A stretch of 64,000 bases of DNA from a phage. Location of the stretch: the sequence record PZ154895.1. One strand, 5' to 3'. Shown piece after piece: positions 29,116-41,337 of the stretch (position 1 is its first letter; each line of letters opens with the position of its first letter). The notes under the pieces are model-generated. The model was not told where the DNA came from. It searched no databases and was given only the letters and a program-made list of their open reading frames with translations. Both the position numbers and the translations under genes were made by a program.

Positions 29116-32100
29116 CTATTTTAACCTGTGTTGGATTTTCAGGGTCTCTTGGATTTCCTATATTATCTTTTAGACGTTTATTAACTAAATCCCTAAATTG
29201 TGCAAATGTTGTTCCAGATGCATCGAATAAAGGACTCATTAATTTACGTCGTTCAGATGGCAATTGACCTTGAAATATTGAATTATTATTTTCAGCATTA
29301 TAGTCATCAGGAAGAGGATATTTTACACCAGCCATTGGGCCAGGTTCATAAATTGCTTCACCTGTTACCGAATCATGCTCAATTTCACCGGTTGGAGTCA
29401 ATTTAGCTACTCTATCAGCATATTCAGTAGGCAATCCAGAATCCCATTTATAGTTTTTGTATTTATTAATTATAGTCTCTGTATGTTTAAGAGTTAAACC
29501 AACATTAATAAACATTGTTAAAAGAGTAATTGCTATAAATCCAAATCCTACTGGATGAACAAAACGAATAACGTCAGATTTCCAGCGAGAAGAAGGTAAA
29601 TTGGATTTAATTTTCATTACATAATATGACCGACTTCTATTAATATAGTCTATATTATTTTGAAGCAAATCCTTCCCTTTAACCCCGCGAATAATTTCGC
29701 CTTCAAAACTAGGGAGTCTTTCTGCTTTAACTTCTTGACCAGCAATTAATCTTCCCAAAAGATTATGAATAGTTACGGTCCACTGCAATTTACCGTTAGA
29801 ATAGCTTCTTTCTATATAAGTAACATTACATCTTCCTGTGGCTGTATAAATCGTTTGTCCTACTAAGTCTTCAGTCAAAGAATCAGATTGAACGATTATA
29901 TCATATTCAGTACCAGCCCCAGATTCAATTTCAATTTCAACTTCTTCATTATAAAGAACTTTAAAAAGAAATTTGTATGATGCTTCAATTCCTTTAGTAG
30001 AATAAAAATCATAGCTACGTGATTCGAAAAATCTTGCAACAGCATCACGTTTGTCAGCATTTAAATAAATGTTTCTTTTATATATCTCTGACCACAAATA
30101 TTCCCATGCATGCTCTTCTCGTGGATATTTGTTACGAATTAAATTTCGTAAATTGTTATACTGAGTTCCATATCCATCAGAAAGATACTGAATATATGCT
30201 TCGCAAAATGCCTCAAAATTTGAATCCTGTAGCAAATAAGAATCAGGCATCATTGTGCCAATCAATGGTCTTAAATCTGGGTCAGCTAATCCACGTTCTT
30301 CTTCAGGCGACCAAGGAGTTTCATGCTCTTGGTTTTGTAAAAATGCTTTTAAAAATACTTCAGTTGGTTTCCAAATAATTTCTACTGTATCTCTAACACG
30401 ATAGTTAAAATCATAGTAAGAAATTATTTCACCAGAGGCTTTATAGAAAAGCATCCCAGATGCATATTTTTTAAATCCAGTGAATTTAACATTTGGCATT
30501 ACTATAGTGCAATCGCCATCGTCCCAGTATTCATGAACTAATCTATCTGGTGATGTTTCCGGAATATTTTCTATAACTTTAGTGTATTTTAAATCAGCAT
30601 AAACTACTACAACCCTATCAGAGTTGTTTATCCAACAACGTGTGTTAGATTTTTTAGACCAGTTAAAGAATGGTTCAGAGTAGTATTTCATCGGCTGAGG
30701 AGTAAAAGTTTCCCAATCAGAATTTTCATCTGCTATAAATGCCATCATATGATAATGCTTATCAGCTAACCATTCACGAGGAAATTCATATTTAACAGCA
30801 CCGATTAACTGATATTTCGCCGCAGTTTCAGCGTCATTAACAACGTTATCACTTAAAAATTTAAAATTACTCGAAGATAGAGAAACTAATTTACCGTCAG
30901 TTGACATACTAGCATATCCAGGTTGAATACGTCTTCTTTCTTCTTCAGTGTTGCCAAAAACTCTTTTCCATGTTTTTGTGTCATGATTTAAAACATATAT
31001 TCCTTTATCAGCAGAATCAATTATTTTTGATGTTCTAGGATTAGCATTTAGTGTTTCAACTTCACCAATAATAAGAGCAAAAACTTTATCACCGACAGAA
31101 TCCATTTTATAGCATACTGCTTTAGGATTTCCAGTTATAGTCATTGTATCAGGTTCAAAAAGTCTTTCCGAATATGTTGGAGATAATGGATCAGAATCTA
31201 TAGGTGCATTACTCGTTTTTATGTATCTAACTTTGTCTCTGGCGACAACGTAAATGTAATCATCGGTGCAAGTAATAGCTTCTGCAATGCGATATACATT
31301 CGCTGGCAAAGTTGCGTAAGTTGCAAAAATTTCTACATCAAATCCTAAATGTAATTGGTCGCCAAGTTTAGCGAATGTTATATCCTGAGAACTAAATCTG
31401 ACATCGTCAGCTGACCATCTAACATCAGTCGATTTGCGGCCATAGAAAATCTTGTCGTATCCTAGAACGTATGTTGTGTTCGCAGATTGGTAATATACTG
31501 TCTTAGATAAAGGATATCCTACGCGGTCATTGAAGAGCTTTACAGCTTTCCAAGTTTGTCCTTTATCATTGGATACTTTAACTACAGGTTGATAACGCTC
31601 AAAAAGGTATAAAATCCCTTCTGATTCCATCAAATAAACTCGGTTAATATCCTTACATACTTGCTGAATAGAACCTTGTATTTCATGATACTCATTTTCA
31701 CCAATAATAAAATTACTTATTGATGAAACGTCAACATATGACGGGCTGAATTGAAATGATTCATTCATCAATGCAGCCATTATAGTGTCATTATTAAAAT
31801 TGACATAATCAGAATTATTAAGAGTAAATTTTTCCTGAATGAATTTATTAGCTAATTGCATTTCAATCATGTTTTGAAATGTATAAGCATTTGTAGCAAA
31901 AGTTTCAAACTCTTCGGTATAAATCCAATCAGACTGCTCAAAATCTTGCGCAGCAGTAGCTACTCTGATAATGTATGATGTCAATGGGTCAGCATCATCA
32001 AAAAAGAAGCTATTATTTGCAGTATATCCTAAGTTAATCCATCTGTATTGATTACTCGGGAGATTTTCCCCCGAGTTTGTTTTTGTCTCAGCGATTTCTA

Positions 32101-32206
32101 CAAAATAGTAGAAATTAGCACCAACGTCATCCCAGCGTACTTGCACCTGATTTGCGGATAACTTGGAAATTCTGAGACTAGTGACTGAAGGTGCTTTTAC
32201 TGTCAT
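29108..32206 (-). CDS. 7: gp7 baseplate wedge initiator
   Basis: 1032 aa; T4 synteny and size. Confidence 0.9.
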   Translation of the reverse strand: MTVKAPSVTSLRISKLSANQVQVRWDDVGANFYYFVEIAETKTNSGENLPSNQYRWINLGYTANNSFFFDDADPLTSYIIRVATAAQDFEQSDWIYTEEFETFATNAYTFQNMIEMQLANKFIQEKFTLNNSDYVNFNNDTIMAALMNESFQFSPSYVDVSSISNFIIGENEYHEIQGSIQQVCKDINRVYLMESEGILYLFERYQPVVKVSNDKGQTWKAVKLFNDRVGYPLSKTVYYQSANTTYVLGYDKIFYGRKSTDVRWSADDVRFSSQDITFAKLGDQLHLGFDVEIFATYATLPANVYRIAEAITCTDDYIYVVARDKVRYIKTSNAPIDSDPLSPTYSERLFEPDTMTITGNPKAVCYKMDSVGDKVFALIIGEVETLNANPRTSKIIDSADKGIYVLNHDTKTWKRVFGNTEEERRRIQPGYASMSTDGKLVSLSSSNFKFLSDNVVNDAETAAKYQLIGAVKYEFPREWLADKHYHMMAFIADENSDWETFTPQPMKYYSEPFFNWSKKSNTRCWINNSDRVVVVYADLKYTKVIENIPETSPDRLVHEYWDDGDCTIVMPNVKFTGFKKYASGMLFYKASGEIISYYDFNYRVRDTVEIIWKPTEVFLKAFLQNQEHETPWSPEEERGLADPDLRPLIGTMMPDSYLLQDSNFEAFCEAYIQYLSDGYGTQYNNLRNLIRNKYPREEHAWEYLWSEIYKRNIYLNADKRDAVARFFESRSYDFYSTKGIEASYKFLFKVLYNEEVEIEIESGAGTEYDIIVQSDSLTEDLVGQTIYTATGRCNVTYIERSYSNGKLQWTVTIHNLLGRLIAGQEVKAERLPSFEGEIIRGVKGKDLLQNNIDYINRSRSYYVMKIKSNLPSSRWKSDVIRFVHPVGFGFIAITLLTMFINVGLTLKHTETIINKYKNYKWDSGLPTEYADRVAKLTPTGEIEHDSVTGEAIYEPGPMAGVKYPLPDDYNAENNNSIFQGQLPSERRKLMSPLFDASGTTFAQFRDLVNKRLKDNIGNPRDPENPTQVKIDE

Positions 32207-34185
32207 TGTGATATAGGCTCCAAATCGATAGTTAAGTATTGTGGACGTAAGTCATTTTCAAATACAATCAATGAACCATCGCGAGTAAAGATAACATCAT
32301 CGGTTGGGTCAGAATATAATTCAATAGTCTGAACTTCAAATTTTTCAGATGTTAAATTAATTTTAGCGATATTCCAGTAAATCACATCAGCTGGATAATT
32401 TATTTCACCGATAACATAGTATTTGTCGCGTCCATCAGAATTTGCTAATTTATTAAAATCGTTGCCTGTATATGGCTGAATGTTTTCATTTTCTGTAACA
32501 TCGCCAGAAGCAAATGGACCAATAATAACTTTACCAATTCCTTTAGAATCTCGGTCTGTTGATACTATACGAACGTCATATAATACATCTTCTTCTAAAC
32601 CAGTATCAGGATTTACAACCTTTCGTCCGGAATTAAATGAAAACGTATTAGATTCCATAGAACGATCTTTTATTTGATTATTGTATTTAATACCCGCTTC
32701 AGGCGTTTTATAGAAGTTTTGTACTTCACGTACTATTTGAATTGTCGCCGATGAGCCAATGATAGAATGATCTGCATCATCTACATATGTCAACATCTTA
32801 GATTTAGCGAAAGATGAGTTAAAAATTTCTACATCTTCGGTATAATAACGATCAATTTTATCAATTATTTGACCTTCGAGCCACTGCTCAGATTCTTGCA
32901 GCTTATTTAAAGCATATGTGACTTTTAAATTAGTCTTAATAAAAAGATAATTAGGAGAAATAATTGATGGCGTAATAGGAGCTAAATTATAGTCTTTGAG
33001 ATAATTTTTAATATCTTCGCGTTGTACAGTAGTTAAATACAGCCCTGATTTAGGTTTAGCAGCAATAAATGCATAACCAGGTTTAGTAGAATCAGTAAAA
33101 GTCTGAACTGCCTGAATAATAGAACCAAATCTCTCTGAAACGAATGTATCATAGTCAGTCGCAGTTACGCATCGTTGCTGGGTTTCACGTTTAATAGTAC
33201 CCAATTCGCGAATACGCTCAATATCTTCTGGATCACCGCCGCCATCTGCCCCAACAAAATCTGGGTCATCGTTTGGATTTTCATTAATATTGATGACAGT
33301 TATATTTGTTAATGTATCTGCGTATGAAAATCCGACTGCGCCATTCGCATCCGCGCCGTTAGTACTGATGTACTCAATAACAATCGTAGAGTTTTGGGTA
33401 GGCTTAAGACCTCCAATATAATTAGCAGTCAATGCTCCTTCTGCCGCGTTAACAGAAATCTCACCTTCACCAAAATAAAATTCAGTATTTCCATCAATAG
33501 TTTCACGCATGTAGTAAATTGTTGATGTAGAACCAGCATGAACCATTGACTTTCTTGTCCAGTTAATCCATTCTGCTCCATCAACATACAGCTTAACTTG
33601 GTTTCTATCTATATTTTTGTCATAAATGATAATAGGTGTTAATTTATCATAAACGATTTCAGTTCTTACTATACGTCCCTGGGCCAATTTTAAACGTGGA
33701 AAATATTGGTTATTTTTATCACGAATAGCAATAACATCTTCGGTAGAGACAAAGTTATAAGGATTAACAGAAGTATCCTTTGCATATGCTAAAAAGCGAG
33801 TACCACGAGGAATAGTAATGTAATTTCTATTCAATGCGTCTGTACAAGTTAGCATAATTTCAGTTTGAGCAGCTGATTTTGAAGTAGGTAAATATCCATT
33901 ATCTTGTGCAGCTTGAACTACTGAACTACGTAAGTTAGCAGTACGCATAAAGCTTTCATACACGGCAGCATTACCAAACTGCTGAATGTATAATGTGTTA
34001 TAAGCCAAAAGGTCGCACAGAACGTTTAATCTTGAGCCTTCAAAATCATAATCCAAAAATTCGTTTTGACCATTAAGCCATTCAATGAGGTTTTGTTTTA
34101 TTTCAGCAAATGTACCCCCGACGAATATCTCGGGAATAGCATTTGCTGTTCTTGTTAATTGATAATTTACAGGGGTATTTGCCAT
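32203..34185 (-). CDS. 6: gp6 baseplate wedge protein
   Basis: 660 aa; T4 synteny and size. Confidence 0.9.
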   Translation of the reverse strand: MANTPVNYQLTRTANAIPEIFVGGTFAEIKQNLIEWLNGQNEFLDYDFEGSRLNVLCDLLAYNTLYIQQFGNAAVYESFMRTANLRSSVVQAAQDNGYLPTSKSAAQTEIMLTCTDALNRNYITIPRGTRFLAYAKDTSVNPYNFVSTEDVIAIRDKNNQYFPRLKLAQGRIVRTEIVYDKLTPIIIYDKNIDRNQVKLYVDGAEWINWTRKSMVHAGSTSTIYYMRETIDGNTEFYFGEGEISVNAAEGALTANYIGGLKPTQNSTIVIEYISTNGADANGAVGFSYADTLTNITVININENPNDDPDFVGADGGGDPEDIERIRELGTIKRETQQRCVTATDYDTFVSERFGSIIQAVQTFTDSTKPGYAFIAAKPKSGLYLTTVQREDIKNYLKDYNLAPITPSIISPNYLFIKTNLKVTYALNKLQESEQWLEGQIIDKIDRYYTEDVEIFNSSFAKSKMLTYVDDADHSIIGSSATIQIVREVQNFYKTPEAGIKYNNQIKDRSMESNTFSFNSGRKVVNPDTGLEEDVLYDVRIVSTDRDSKGIGKVIIGPFASGDVTENENIQPYTGNDFNKLANSDGRDKYYVIGEINYPADVIYWNIAKINLTSEKFEVQTIELYSDPTDDVIFTRDGSLIVFENDLRPQYLTIDLEPISQ

Positions 34186-34193
34186 TTTAAATC

Positions 34194-34487
34194 CTATTTA
34201 ATGAATACTTTAGATGATGCCTGAGCCACAGTATCACCGCATGATATTGGATCAGCCATTTGAACAGCTTTCTTTCCAGTGACATATACCTTAGAAGTTC
34301 TAGGTTGTGTCACTCCGCCATGTGTTTCATATGGCTTTTTAATTTCTGTATGTTCTGTAATTGGATCACCTGCTACGAGAACAGCAATTCCTCCGGTGAA
34401 TACTTTACTTTGTGTGGCATTCACAACTGTTGGAGGCCACGCTTCATGGCCAGCAGTAACACACTTATCATAACTTAATCCTGACAT
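34194..34487 (-). CDS. 5.4: gp5.4 PAAR-type spike tip protein
   Basis: 97 aa, Cys/His-containing small beta protein directly downstream of the gp5 spike genes. Confidence 0.8.
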
Positions 34488-35045
34488 TTATGGCCTCTCA
34501 TACACATAGCTTCTCAATTTATTAGCCCAACGACTCCAATTTCCAACTATAGTTTTTGTATAATTTTTAACAAGAGTTTTTCTTATTGGAGCAGGAGGAT
34601 CAGTTGGTTCAGTAGTATCAGAAGATGACCTAGAATTACTGCCAGAACCTCCAGATTCACTTTGTTCTTGGTAGTCATATATTAATGTTACTTCGTAAGT
34701 GAATGTCTTCTGGAGGTTTTGAGGAGCTTTCCATAGATATAACTGAGTATTAGAATCAGTTGGAAGGTCTTCCCATGAAGCAGCAGTTTTAAATTCATTA
34801 TCTAAACGATATTTCAATGCGTCATTTCCAAATCCAAACACAGATTCATACGTTCCATATAAACGATTTTTTTCTACTAAAACCCCAGGAGTTTCTTCGT
34901 AACTAGTTATATTTATAGATACTAACGTTTCACCCGTTTCTAATTGAGCGGTAAAGGTGACGTCGATAGAAGAACCTTCCATGGATTCTCCTAAATCAGC
35001 GCTCATTGGAAGTATATTAGCCAATGTCAATCCTCGATCCATCAA
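34488..35045 (-). CDS. 5.1: gp5.1-like protein
   Basis: 185 aa between 5 and 5.4; T4 synteny. Confidence 0.6.
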
Positions 35046-36744
35046 TTGTGTATTGACCAGATGAAATAGAACTCATAGATGCCATTTTTTCTGTCCAATC
35101 ACCACCAACGTCCCAATCAACTGTCCCAGCAACTTTCCAAGAAAGATTTCCATTTACTGTATTAGTTTGATTTCCTTCAACTAAAGTGGTAGCATCCCCT
35201 TTAACTGTAATGTCAGCATTACCTTCAACTACAATAGTAACATTACCTTTGACTAGGATAGTTCCATTACCTTCAACTGTCTTAGTTTCATCGCCACGCA
35301 CAAATATTGTATTGCTTCCATCTATTTGGTGAAGACGATTATCCATGTTGTAATAAATTTCTGATCCACCGACGTTAGTCTTTTTATCGCCGGCTACTAA
35401 AAAATTACCGTCAGCATTTGTTATATCATACAAATTATCAACAGTTTTTCTTGTTCTTCTTCCTGATGGTGATACTTCCTCATACGTTCCAGTCGGATGA
35501 ACTAATCTGTATCGTTCTTGCCCAGGGGTATCATCAAATTCCTGAATATGACCGCTTTCAGTTTCCATTGTGTGAACATACGGATATTCACCTTTATATG
35601 AAGAAACAGGTTCTTTGAATAAAATTCTCGAATCATTCGGAATAGGAGGGTCAGCCGGGTCAGAAGACTTTGCTACAGTAGCAGCCATTGCTGACAAAGA
35701 CCTAGCTGGCGTTTTCACTTCAATACCGTATGATTCCAAATTCCCTGTAAGAATAATCATGGTAACACGGGATGCACGGCCTTTTGTTTGTTGATACCAC
35801 AATGAATCGCGTCCGGCTTTATATGCTTTTTCCCAATCTCCGGCTAACATAGCAGTTAACATTGTGTTAAATTTAGCTACACCGCCAACGCCCATTTGAA
35901 ATGCCATATTTTCTAACGCCATTTGACGAGAACGATTAACTGCCTGCCAAACTGGGCCAACTTTAGAATGTGATTTAATGTCACGTTGCATATCAGCCAA
36001 ATCACGTTCAAATAAAGCTACCGCTTCTTCCATTGTAATGGAACCTGGATTTCCGGTAATTTCACGACCAACTTGTTTTGATAAAACTTTATTAATTTGG
36101 GCCATATCACGAACTGGCTGCTTCATGATAAGATGACCAATACCAATTGTCGGATATCCTTCGGTATCCCAATAAACTTTTAGTCTTAATCCTTCATCAC
36201 GGCGAAGCATTTCAGCCATTGACATATTTGGATTATCATCAGTTGGAATCTCTGATAGTGGTCTATCATCGGGATTTATCGCAGTATCTAAATTGCTATC
36301 TTGGATAATATTAGAAGACGAATCATATCCTACTTCTCCGCCTTGGTTTAATACGTTAGTATCATTTCCTAGACGTCTAGGATACTGACCAGTTGGGTCA
36401 GAAAATCCTTCAAGTCTATTAGGTTTTTCGCGAACTATTCCGCCATACGTGCCAAGGACAATTCCGTTAGTTTTCCATTTGTCTAAAAAATGACCATAAA
36501 CTCTAGTTCCTTCTACCGGACCAGTAACGGAGCCTCCAATTCCAGACATTGCTGCAGAAGTTATAGGTTGAATAACTGACATCCATGGTAATTTATCAGT
36601 TGGAATACCCATTACGTCGCCTTGCGCTCTTTGAGGTGGATGCAGACCAACTACACGAACACGAACACGACCTAATTTTAATGGGTCCATTCTATCTTCA
36701 ACAACACCAACAAACCAATTAAGGTTATTACTTATCATTTCCAT
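35017..36744 (-). CDS. 5: gp5 baseplate hub subunit with tail lysozyme domain
   Basis: 575 aa; internal T4-lysozyme-like segment DTEGYPTIGIGHL; C-terminal VxGxxxxx beta-helix repeats. Confidence 0.92.
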   Translation of the reverse strand: MEMISNNLNWFVGVVEDRMDPLKLGRVRVRVVGLHPPQRAQGDVMGIPTDKLPWMSVIQPITSAAMSGIGGSVTGPVEGTRVYGHFLDKWKTNGIVLGTYGGIVREKPNRLEGFSDPTGQYPRRLGNDTNVLNQGGEVGYDSSSNIIQDSNLDTAINPDDRPLSEIPTDDNPNMSMAEMLRRDEGLRLKVYWDTEGYPTIGIGHLIMKQPVRDMAQINKVLSKQVGREITGNPGSITMEEAVALFERDLADMQRDIKSHSKVGPVWQAVNRSRQMALENMAFQMGVGGVAKFNTMLTAMLAGDWEKAYKAGRDSLWYQQTKGRASRVTMIILTGNLESYGIEVKTPARSLSAMAATVAKSSDPADPPIPNDSRILFKEPVSSYKGEYPYVHTMETESGHIQEFDDTPGQERYRLVHPTGTYEEVSPSGRRTRKTVDNLYDITNADGNFLVAGDKKTNVGGSEIYYNMDNRLHQIDGSNTIFVRGDETKTVEGNGTILVKGNVTIVVEGNADITVKGDATTLVEGNQTNTVNGNLSWKVAGTVDWDVGGDWTEKMASMSSISSGQYTIDGSRIDIG

Positions 36745-37318
36745 AAGATTTCTCCATTATACGTATAAGGTCGTTCATAAATGAATTGATGTCTGATTTT
36801 GCTATTATTTTTATTTGACGAAGTTTTTCATTTTCAAGAACAGCAGCTTCATACGTATCGACCGCGGCAAGTGCTCCTTCATATTGAGGATATTTTCTAG
36901 CTTTATCGCCTTTGTCATACCAAACATATGGATTATCATCGTATGATATTAAATTATAAAATTTTTCACCGTTTTCATTCACATGATATACTATTTGGTC
37001 TCCACCTACGTTTTTGTATTTTTGTATAGATGCTTGATAAGCAGCTTCCTGCGAAGTAATCCATCCATAATACGGATCATAATTATCATTACACATCAAT
37101 AAAACCCAATACAACTGCGGATTTCCATATATAGTATTTGCTAATTCTTCCGGGCGTGGTGAACCTTTAATATAATAAGTGCGTAAGCGGTATCCCGCAA
37201 GAGCACGTTTGAAATAGTCTTTATAGTTTCTAAAAATATCTGTCATAGGAATAGTCGGCGCGTTTTTATTCACCGTTTTGGCCGCATATTCAATCGGATC
37301 AAAAAATGTAAAGAGCAT
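36728..37318 (-). CDS. 53: gp53 baseplate wedge protein
   Basis: 196 aa; T4 synteny and size. Confidence 0.85.
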   Translation of the reverse strand: MLFTFFDPIEYAAKTVNKNAPTIPMTDIFRNYKDYFKRALAGYRLRTYYIKGSPRPEELANTIYGNPQLYWVLLMCNDNYDPYYGWITSQEAAYQASIQKYKNVGGDQIVYHVNENGEKFYNLISYDDNPYVWYDKGDKARKYPQYEGALAAVDTYEAAVLENEKLRQIKIIAKSDINSFMNDLIRIMEKSYGNDK

Positions 37319-37331
37319 GGGCCCTCCTGTT

Positions 37332-37339
37332 TATAAATA
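37332..37339 (+). promoter_or_regulatory. late promoter TATAAATA for gene 4
   Basis: exact motif upstream of gene 4 in the divergent 53/4 intergenic region. Confidence 0.65.
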
Positions 37340-37346
37340 TATTATC

Positions 37347-37354
37347 TATTTATA
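37347..37354 (-). promoter_or_regulatory. late promoter TATAAATA for gene 53
   Basis: exact motif on minus strand upstream of gene 53. Confidence 0.65.
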
Positions 37355-37365
37355 AGGAGAATCCA

Positions 37366-37818
37366 ATGGCATATTCTGGAAAATGGGTTCCTAAAAATAT
37401 ATCAAAATATAGAGGTGACCCTAAAAAAATTACGTATAGATCAAATTGGGAAAAATTCTTTTTTGAATGGTTAGATAAAAATCCAGAAATTATTGCATGG
37501 GGTAGTGAAACAGCAGTAATTCCTTATTTTTGTAATGCAGAAGGGAAAAAACGTAGATACTTCATGGATATTTGGATGAAAGATTCTTCTGGACAAGAAT
37601 TTTTTATTGAAATAAAACCTAAAAAAGAAACACAACCACCAGTTAAACCAGCACATCTAACAACTGCAGCGAAGAAAAGATTTATGAATGAAATTTATAC
37701 ATATTCCGTTAATACTGACAAATGGAAAGCAGCACAAGCTTTAGCTGAAAAGCGTGGAATAAAATTTAGAATTCTAACAGAAGATGGATTACGAGCTCTT
37801 GGCTTTAAGGGGGCATAA
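37366..37818 (+). CDS. 4: gp4 head completion protein
   Basis: 150 aa; divergent from gene 53; T4 synteny. Confidence 0.85.
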   Translation: MAYSGKWVPKNISKYRGDPKKITYRSNWEKFFFEWLDKNPEIIAWGSETAVIPYFCNAEGKKRRYFMDIWMKDSSGQEFFIEIKPKKETQPPVKPAHLTTAAKKRFMNEIYTYSVNTDKWKAAQALAEKRGIKFRILTEDGLRALGFKGA

Positions 37819-38642
37819 TGGCTATTTTTCAAATAATTAATGAAAGCACTCCCCAAGTTCCAAAGGTTAAGCAATCATTAAACGAAAAGAAATGGATTCA
37901 GATAGGTCTTGAATACAAAAAGGCCAAAGCAAAAGGAATGACAGGAAAGCAATTTGCTGAAGAAAGAGGAATCAAATACTCTACGTTTACTTCAGCAATG
38001 TCAAAATATGCTTCAGGAATTAAAACAGCTGAAAAGATTCAAAAGCTTGAATCAAAACCAATGAATAAACTCAATAAGCAAGAAAGACAACTGCTTATGA
38101 TAAATTCATTCAGGCAAACATTGCGTGATAAAATTCGTAATGAAGGTGCAGCAATTAATAATAAAACTAGAAAGTGGTTTGCTGAAACTATTAAGCAAGT
38201 AAAAGGACATAAAGTTGTTCGCCCGCAGCCGGGACGAATATATGCTTTTGCTTATGATGCTAAACACAAAGAAACTCTTCCTTACTGGGATAAATTTCCT
38301 TTGATAATTTATCTTGGTTTAGGTAAACATAATTTAATGTACGGATTGAACTTGCACTATATTCCACCTAAAGCTCGTCAGCAATTTCTAGAAGAGCTTT
38401 TAAAGCAATATTCAAATACACCTACTATTACTAATAAAACGAAATTAAAAATTGATTGGAGTCAAGTGAAAGGATTTAGGGGTGCAGACCAAATGATTAA
38501 GGCATATATACCCGGTAATATTATGGGTAGCCTTGTTGAAATCGCCCCGAAAGACTGGGCGAACGTTGTGTTAATGCCACTTCAGCAGTTCGTTTCAAAA
38601 GGAAAACGTTTCTCTGCAAACAAAGTCTGGTCAAATATCTAA
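37818..38642 (+). CDS. 2: gp2 DNA end-protector protein
   Basis: 274 aa; T4 synteny and size. Confidence 0.85.
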   Translation: MAIFQIINESTPQVPKVKQSLNEKKWIQIGLEYKKAKAKGMTGKQFAEERGIKYSTFTSAMSKYASGIKTAEKIQKLESKPMNKLNKQERQLLMINSFRQTLRDKIRNEGAAINNKTRKWFAETIKQVKGHKVVRPQPGRIYAFAYDAKHKETLPYWDKFPLIIYLGLGKHNLMYGLNLHYIPPKARQQFLEELLKQYSNTPTITNKTKLKIDWSQVKGFRGADQMIKAYIPGNIMGSLVEIAPKDWANVVLMPLQQFVSKGKRFSANKVWSNI

Positions 38643-38748
38643 TTCTATTATCTTCCATTCTTTTCTATTGTTTGTTCTAATTGGAATTGAATGGAAGGGA
38701 CTTAGACCCATTATACCACCAACATTTATAAAGCATTATGAGGAATAT

Positions 38749-39279
38749 ATGTCGCAAGCACTGCAACAAATTTTTAACCAAGCAAATACAACTAACTTTG
38801 TAGTATCAATACCACATAGTAATACTACATCTGCTTTTACTTTAAATGCTCAGTCAGTTCCTATTCCGGGAATTAGAATACCTGTTACTGATACCGTGAC
38901 TGGGCCGTTTGGACTAGGCCGAGCACAACGTCCAGGAGTTACATTTGAATACGATCCACTCATCGTGAGATTTATAGTTGATGAAGAGCTTAAGTCGTGG
39001 ATAGGAATGTATGAATGGATGCTAGGAACTAGTAACTATCTTACAGGTGAAAATACTGCCCAAAAAACAGGTCCTGAATACATTACGCTTTACATTTTAG
39101 ATAACAGTAAAACTGAAATCGTGATGTCAATAAATTTTTATAAGCCTTGGGTTTCTGACCTGTCTGAAGTAGAATTTAGCTACACGGAAGATTCAGACCC
39201 AGCTTTAGTATGTACAGCAACGATTCCTTATACGTATTTTCAAGTAGAAAAAGATGGTAAAATTATAGCAGAAGTTTAA
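38749..39279 (+). CDS. 3: gp3 tail completion and sheath stabilizer
   Basis: 176 aa from MSQALQQIF with GAGG SD (ORF-track start is an upstream in-frame extension). Confidence 0.85.
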   Translation: MSQALQQIFNQANTTNFVVSIPHSNTTSAFTLNAQSVPIPGIRIPVTDTVTGPFGLGRAQRPGVTFEYDPLIVRFIVDEELKSWIGMYEWMLGTSNYLTGENTAQKTGPEYITLYILDNSKTEIVMSINFYKPWVSDLSEVEFSYTEDSDPALVCTATIPYTYFQVEKDGKIIAEV

Positions 39280-39328
39280 TGCTTCAGTTTCATGTGTTAT
39301 AATCTTAACTAAATTTGAGGAGAAACAT

Positions 39329-40053
39329 ATGAAACTAATCTTTTTAAGTGGTGTAAAGCGTAGTGGAAAAGATACTACTGCAGATTTTATCATGAATAAT
39401 TATTCTGCAGTTAAATATCAACTTGCTGGTCCTATTAAAGATGCATTGGCTTATGCATGGGCTGTATTTGCAGCAAACACTGACTATCCTTGCTTAACTC
39501 GTAAAGAGTTTGAAGGAATTGACTATGATCGTGAGACTAATTTGAATTTGACTAAATTAGAAGTAATTACGATTATGGAACAAGCATTTTGCTATCTTAA
39601 TAGTAAAAGCCCAATTAAAGGCGTGTTTGTTTTTGATGACGAAGGAAAAGAATCAGTTACTTTCGTAGCATTTAACAAGATTGCTGACGTTATAAATAAT
39701 ATTGAAGATCAATGGTCAATCCGTCGTCTGATGCAAGCCCTAGGTACGGATTTGATTGTTAATAACTTCGACCGCATGTATTGGGTAAAATTATTTGCTT
39801 TAGATTATCTTGATAAATTTAACTCAGGTTATGATTATTATATCGTTCCTGATACTCGTCAAGATCATGAAATGGATGCGGCTAGGGCGATGGGTGCTAC
39901 AGTAATTCATGTAGTTCGTCCTGGTCAAAAATCCAATGATACTCATATTACAGAAGCTGGATTGCCAATTCATGATGGCGATTTAGTAATTACAAACGAC
40001 GGTTCTCTTGAAGAACTTTTTTCTAAAATTAAAAATACACTAAAGGTACTATA

Positions 40054-40054
<1 letters not shown>
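39329..40054 (+). CDS. 1: gp1 deoxynucleoside monophosphate kinase
   Basis: 241 aa; P-loop GVKRSGKDT; T4 synteny. Confidence 0.88.
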
Positions 40055-40751
<697 letters not shown>

Positions 40752-40754
40752 TTT

Positions 40755-40797
40755 CACAAAGTTGTTTACATGCTGATGAGGTAGTGATACTATTACC
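40755..40797 (+). promoter_or_regulatory. T4-type early promoter (-35 GTTTAC 40764-40769, extended -10 TGATACTAT)
   Basis: consensus motifs at correct spacing upstream of the CTS gene. Confidence 0.7.
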
Positions 40798-40823
40798 TCA
40801 TCAAAATTAATTAGGAAAATAAA

Positions 40824-41081
40824 ATGAAAACTTTCAAAGAGTTTGCTACAAAAACTACTATCACTGAATCTTCACACGGTATGGAAGTAAAGCTTGGAAT
40901 GGCTTTAGCTGAAGCTGAGCGTCTTTTATCTCGTATTAAAGAACTTGCTGCTGCAGTCGATCCTTCATCTTTTAAAGGAGACCAAACTAAAGTTAAAGCA
41001 CTTTTAGCATTATGCTCCGATGCAGGAGAAATTGCTAAAAATGGTTCTAAGATGAAGAAACGATTAGAAGATTTAAAATAA
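40824..41081 (+). CDS. internal-protein-like, capsid targeting sequence (CTS) bearing protein
   Basis: 85 aa; N-terminus MKTFKEFATK resembles the T4 IP capsid-targeting leader; ipI-locus position next to 57B. Confidence 0.55.
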   Translation: MKTFKEFATKTTITESSHGMEVKLGMALAEAERLLSRIKELAAAVDPSSFKGDQTKVKALLALCSDAGEIAKNGSKMKKRLEDLK

Positions 41082-41084
41082 TTT

Positions 41085-41127
41085 CACAAAGTTGTTTACA
41101 GAAGGGTAGTAGTGTGATACTATTACC
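41085..41127 (+). promoter_or_regulatory. T4-type early promoter (-35 GTTTAC 41094-41099, -10 TGATACTAT)
   Basis: near-duplicate of the promoter at 40755. Confidence 0.7.
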
Positions 41128-41151
41128 CTATCAACTACCGAGGAGAATAAA

Positions 41152-41337
41152 ATGAAACGTTGTGAATTAATTCGAAATGTTGCTATTGCAATTTCTGCTT
41201 CTGCATTTAGCTTTTCAATGTTTGTTGGATTTATATGTGGATTATTAACTACAGCAGAAAATGTGTTTTCACTTGTAGTAGCATTTTTAATTGGTTTAAT
41301 TGCTATCGTTATGGATAAAATTTCTAAAGGTGAATAA
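41152..41337 (+). CDS. small membrane protein (2 predicted TM helices)
   Basis: 61 aa, two long hydrophobic segments; GAGGAG SD. Confidence 0.45.
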   Translation: MKRCELIRNVAIAISASAFSFSMFVGFICGLLTTAENVFSLVVAFLIGLIAIVMDKISKGE

